Assembly: GCA_028700655.1 (NCBI GenBank)
Contig: JAQVSG010000002.1
Coordinates: forward strand, 1 to 55,843
Length of the DNA: 55,843 nucleotides
From: Caldisericia bacterium
Lineage (GTDB): Bacteria > Caldisericota > Caldisericia > UBA6126
Reading direction: 5' to 3'
Position numbers and translations under genes: made by a program. Below are positions 53,378 to 55,843 of the stretch, in pieces. The stretch's first letter is position 1. Each line of letters starts with the position of its first letter. The notes beneath the pieces were generated by a model. The model had not been told where the DNA came from and ran no database searches. It saw only the letters and a program-made list of their open reading frames with translations.

Positions 53378-54409
53378 TTATTCAGCAACACTTTTTCCAA
53401 TAAGGCGTAATGTAGAAGCTGTTTCAGCAGTTTTGTGGTTTTCACGTTCTTCTAAGCTATGCATAGCAATGGCAAAATAAAAATCAGCGTATCCGTTATC
53501 GCTGACATCAAAATGAGTTAAATCACGGTTAGAAGGATTTCTTGGTCGGGCAATTTCCAAAATATAACCACCGAAATCGAATTTCCCTACGGCTTGTATT
53601 AAAGCAGCTTCACCCGAAGGATTGTCTTCGTTAATAATGTACAATGGTGCACCTTCGTCACCTTCTGCAGGTTTTTTCTCATTTTGATCGCGGTTGTAGA
53701 AGAAGCCATATTCTCCAGGTAGTTTTTCCCAAGTAATTTTATTATCAAAATTAGGATCTTCAGAATCCGTACCAGCAGGTATGTCTGTTAACAAATACGA
53801 AGCCATAATATTCTTCATTCCGCTTACGGCTGGACTCCAAACCCATAATTCAACGATATCACCAGGTACTTCGGTACCCATAAAACGATTATCAACAACG
53901 TTGGATTGATCGTGGCAAAGAGGAGTACATCCAGTTTCAAGAAACTCTGGTATATCGCTTAAATCCCAAGCAACAGATAGAGAATCCATTTTGGAGTCCC
54001 AGGTCCAATTACCGTCTGTGTCCTTTTTCCAAAAACCAGGTGTGCTATCATCCGGCGACATTGTCATGTCAGAAATCCAATCAAACAAGAAATAAACATT
54101 GTCATTGTCGTAATAGGTTTTAACATCAACCCACATACTGCTTTCTAATTCAACAGTAACAGGTTCCAAGTTTGCCCATACTTCATCGTCTCCGGATCCA
54201 TCAATAGTAGGTTGTGCATCAATAAATCGACAATCTACAATCGTAGAAGTCAAATCTTCGGGCTTCTCTCCTGGTGTTTCATTTTGAGAAGACGTTCCGT
54301 TGTCTACTGTACCGTTATCGGCCTCATTGCCACCACAACCAGTAAGCAATGCTGCACTCACTGTAAATACTAGGAACAAAACAAAAATCTGTTTCACAAT
54401 ACTTTTCAT
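53378..54409 (-). CDS. lipoprotein with DOMON / EB_dh-like (cytochrome c-552/DMSO-reductase-like haem-binding) or CBM9-like domain
   Basis: Lipobox LLTGC, then PTIDGSGDDEVWANLEPV and VDVKTYYDNDNVYFLFDW, which are typical of this fold. It contains CTPLCH. The family assignment is tentative. Confidence 0.45.
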   Translation of the reverse strand: MKSIVKQIFVLFLVFTVSAALLTGCGGNEADNGTVDNGTSSQNETPGEKPEDLTSTIVDCRFIDAQPTIDGSGDDEVWANLEPVTVELESSMWVDVKTYYDNDNVYFLFDWISDMTMSPDDSTPGFWKKDTDGNWTWDSKMDSLSVAWDLSDIPEFLETGCTPLCHDQSNVVDNRFMGTEVPGDIVELWVWSPAVSGMKNIMASYLLTDIPAGTDSEDPNFDNKITWEKLPGEYGFFYNRDQNEKKPAEGDEGAPLYIINEDNPSGEAALIQAVGKFDFGGYILEIARPRNPSNRDLTHFDVSDNGYADFYFAIAMHSLEERENHKTAETASTLRLIGKSVAE

Positions 54410-54425
54410 GATACCCCCTATAGAA

Positions 54426-55843
54426 TTAACCAGTATAAACTAATGTAATACGATCTTCGATTTCACGATCAACAGTGCCTTCTTTTTCAATATATTCAAA
54501 GAGGCTTTCTCGTAGTGTCTTTTCGTAATATTTTACTACGGTTCCATTGGCGAACCATTCGTATCCATCAAGACCTCTGCGCATGGATTCAGTAGTAACA
54601 ACCTTATACTTGTCTTCATAAACAAGTTCGCCAACATCATCAATATTGCATTCGACAATACGATCATAAAGAAATCGTAAATTATCGTACGCGAATTTAA
54701 CGCCAGATACTTGTGTCATTCCGGCACTAAACGTACAGCCATGTTCGAGAACCATTAACAAATCTTCTCCGAGCATTTCTATTAAAACAAGATCTTCATC
54801 TTTGGGAAGAACATCATAAATATTTTCAGCTGTAATCGTACCTGGATTAATATTCGCTTTAATAAGTCCGGGTGTAATACAAGCAACTTGAGCTCCCTCT
54901 TCTTCCATGCTATATTTCATTACATCGGAAATGAGGTTTCCAAGGGTTGATTCTCCACCCATACTAATTTTTAAACCATTATTGGTTTTGCCAATGGTTT
55001 CATGGAGTTCAGATTGGTAGGTTTTTCGGAAATCATCGCTAATTTCATAGGCTTTCTTAGAAGGTGTCATATCGTCAATATAAGAATATTGATTGTGCAA
55101 AGTAATTCGTTCAATGTTTTTGGTGATAGCATCGATAATTATTTTCGTTTCGCCCATAGAATTACCATACCTACCCGCGGCGATAACAGGAATATCGTCG
55201 TGATGATACGTATACCCATAATCTCCATTTAGAGCAATGATGAAAGAGGGCTTTGGATTCAACTGATCGATAAAATTCACTAAAACGGGGGAGAGTTCAT
55301 TGTCAAGATTAACTCTACTATCCATGCCAACTGTAAGTACAGTGATGTGGGAACCCTCTTGGACAAGATGCTTTAACATAGCATTGGCGGCTTCAACGGC
55401 ATCTTTTATTTCAATATTTGCAAGCACCTCGGGGTGAATGTAGGGTTTTTCAATAGAAAATCCGGTAACTCCGGTTATTCCCACCTTAATACCCGACAAT
55501 TCTTGAATAATAGAGTCTTTATAGAGTGGTTTGCCGGTTTCTTTGCTGTAAATATCAGCGGCAACAATATCAATACTTTGATTAATGCGATTGAGATACT
55601 CAAAACCATAAAAGAAATCTTCGTCGGAAAGTCCAATGGCACCATAATTCATAGGTTCGTATTGTGTAACTACATAATCCCCTTTGGAAAGGTAGGACAA
55701 AGAAGAACCCATCAGGAAGTTTCCGGCATCGATGGCCATAAAATTGGTATTACGCTTGGACAATTGATCAAAATAGGAAGCAACAGAAGCAAACCCACCA
55801 ATGGGTCGGTCTTCATTTGGATCTCGATACAACGAACGAATTT
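54426..55843 (-). CDS. bifunctional metallophosphatase / 5'-nucleotidase (UshA-like), N-terminus off the right edge
   Basis: The frame stays open to the window end, and the TTG at 55832 is not the real start. The metallophosphatase part has DAGNF and a 5'-nucleotidase C-terminal domain follows (ESTLGNLISD). Confidence 0.8.
   Translation of the reverse strand, partial: IRSLYRDPNEDRPIGGFASVASYFDQLSKRNTNFMAIDAGNFLMGSSLSYLSKGDYVVTQYEPMNYGAIGLSDEDFFYGFEYLNRINQSIDIVAADIYSKETGKPLYKDSIIQELSGIKVGITGVTGFSIEKPYIHPEVLANIEIKDAVEAANAMLKHLVQEGSHITVLTVGMDSRVNLDNELSPVLVNFIDQLNPKPSFIIALNGDYGYTYHHDDIPVIAAGRYGNSMGETKIIIDAITKNIERITLHNQYSYIDDMTPSKKAYEISDDFRKTYQSELHETIGKTNNGLKISMGGESTLGNLISDVMKYSMEEEGAQVACITPGLIKANINPGTITAENIYDVLPKDEDLVLIEMLGEDLLMVLEHGCTFSAGMTQVSGVKFAYDNLRFLYDRIVECNIDDVGELVYEDKYKVVTTESMRRGLDGYEWFANGTVVKYYEKTLRESLFEYIEKEGTVDREIEDRITLVYTG

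Noticed and set aside
1-55843. Searched by eye for tRNA/rRNA genes, CRISPR arrays, IS elements, integrases, toxin-antitoxin pairs and known defence-system genes
   Set aside because: None were recognised. All intergenic regions over 100 nt are accounted for by promoters, a riboswitch, terminators or the unexplained leader at 212-601.

Overview
This window is a low-GC chromosomal segment that looks like it comes from a strictly anaerobic bacterium. The markers are a class III ribonucleotide reductase, [FeFe]-hydrogenase maturases, a 2-oxoacid:ferredoxin oxidoreductase and a siroheme-dependent haem route. I saw no rRNA, tRNA, CRISPR array, transposase, integrase or phage genes.

Gene order:
- Minus strand, 1-23.6 kb: a partial unknown gene behind a structured leader; a CotH / DUF4956 / VTC triad; an OmpR-type two-component system translationally coupled to a DUF2779 nuclease-like gene and a CGGC-domain gene; a 10-gene tetrapyrrole operon (sirC-hemA-hemC-cobA/hemD-ahbD-like-hemB-ahbC-like-ahbA/B pair-hemL); nrdR-nrdD-redoxin-nrdG preceded by tandem NrdR boxes; and an ICMT-like methyltransferase.
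- Plus strand, 23.7-41 kb: a small membrane protein; a Flp-pilin-leader/lectin-fold fusion; a promoter plus lysine riboswitch driving a complete 9-gene acetyl-DAP lysine operon; OsmC; a nitroreductase; two tandem TM1266-like hydrogenase-system regulators; hydG-hydE-hydF; and an orphan secreted protein.
- Mostly minus strand, 41-55.8 kb: a class II aldolase; an M20 peptidase; korGBA; an S8 protease; a metallophosphoesterase (+); YqeY; an overlapping rhodanese-like / 6-TM Cys protein / TlpA-like thioredoxin trio; an NHL-repeat surface protein; a DOMON/EB_dh-like lipoprotein; and a partial 5'-nucleotidase.

Most of the window is core metabolism. The candidates I consider least described are:
- the TCS-linked VTC-DUF4956-CotH module with its direct-repeat operator;
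- the putative transmembrane thiol-relay trio at 49.7-51.9 kb;
- the Flp-leader lectin;
- the Cys-Gly-tailed TM1266 paralog;
- the structured leader at 212-601.

All functional calls rest on motif recognition by eye. No database search was run.
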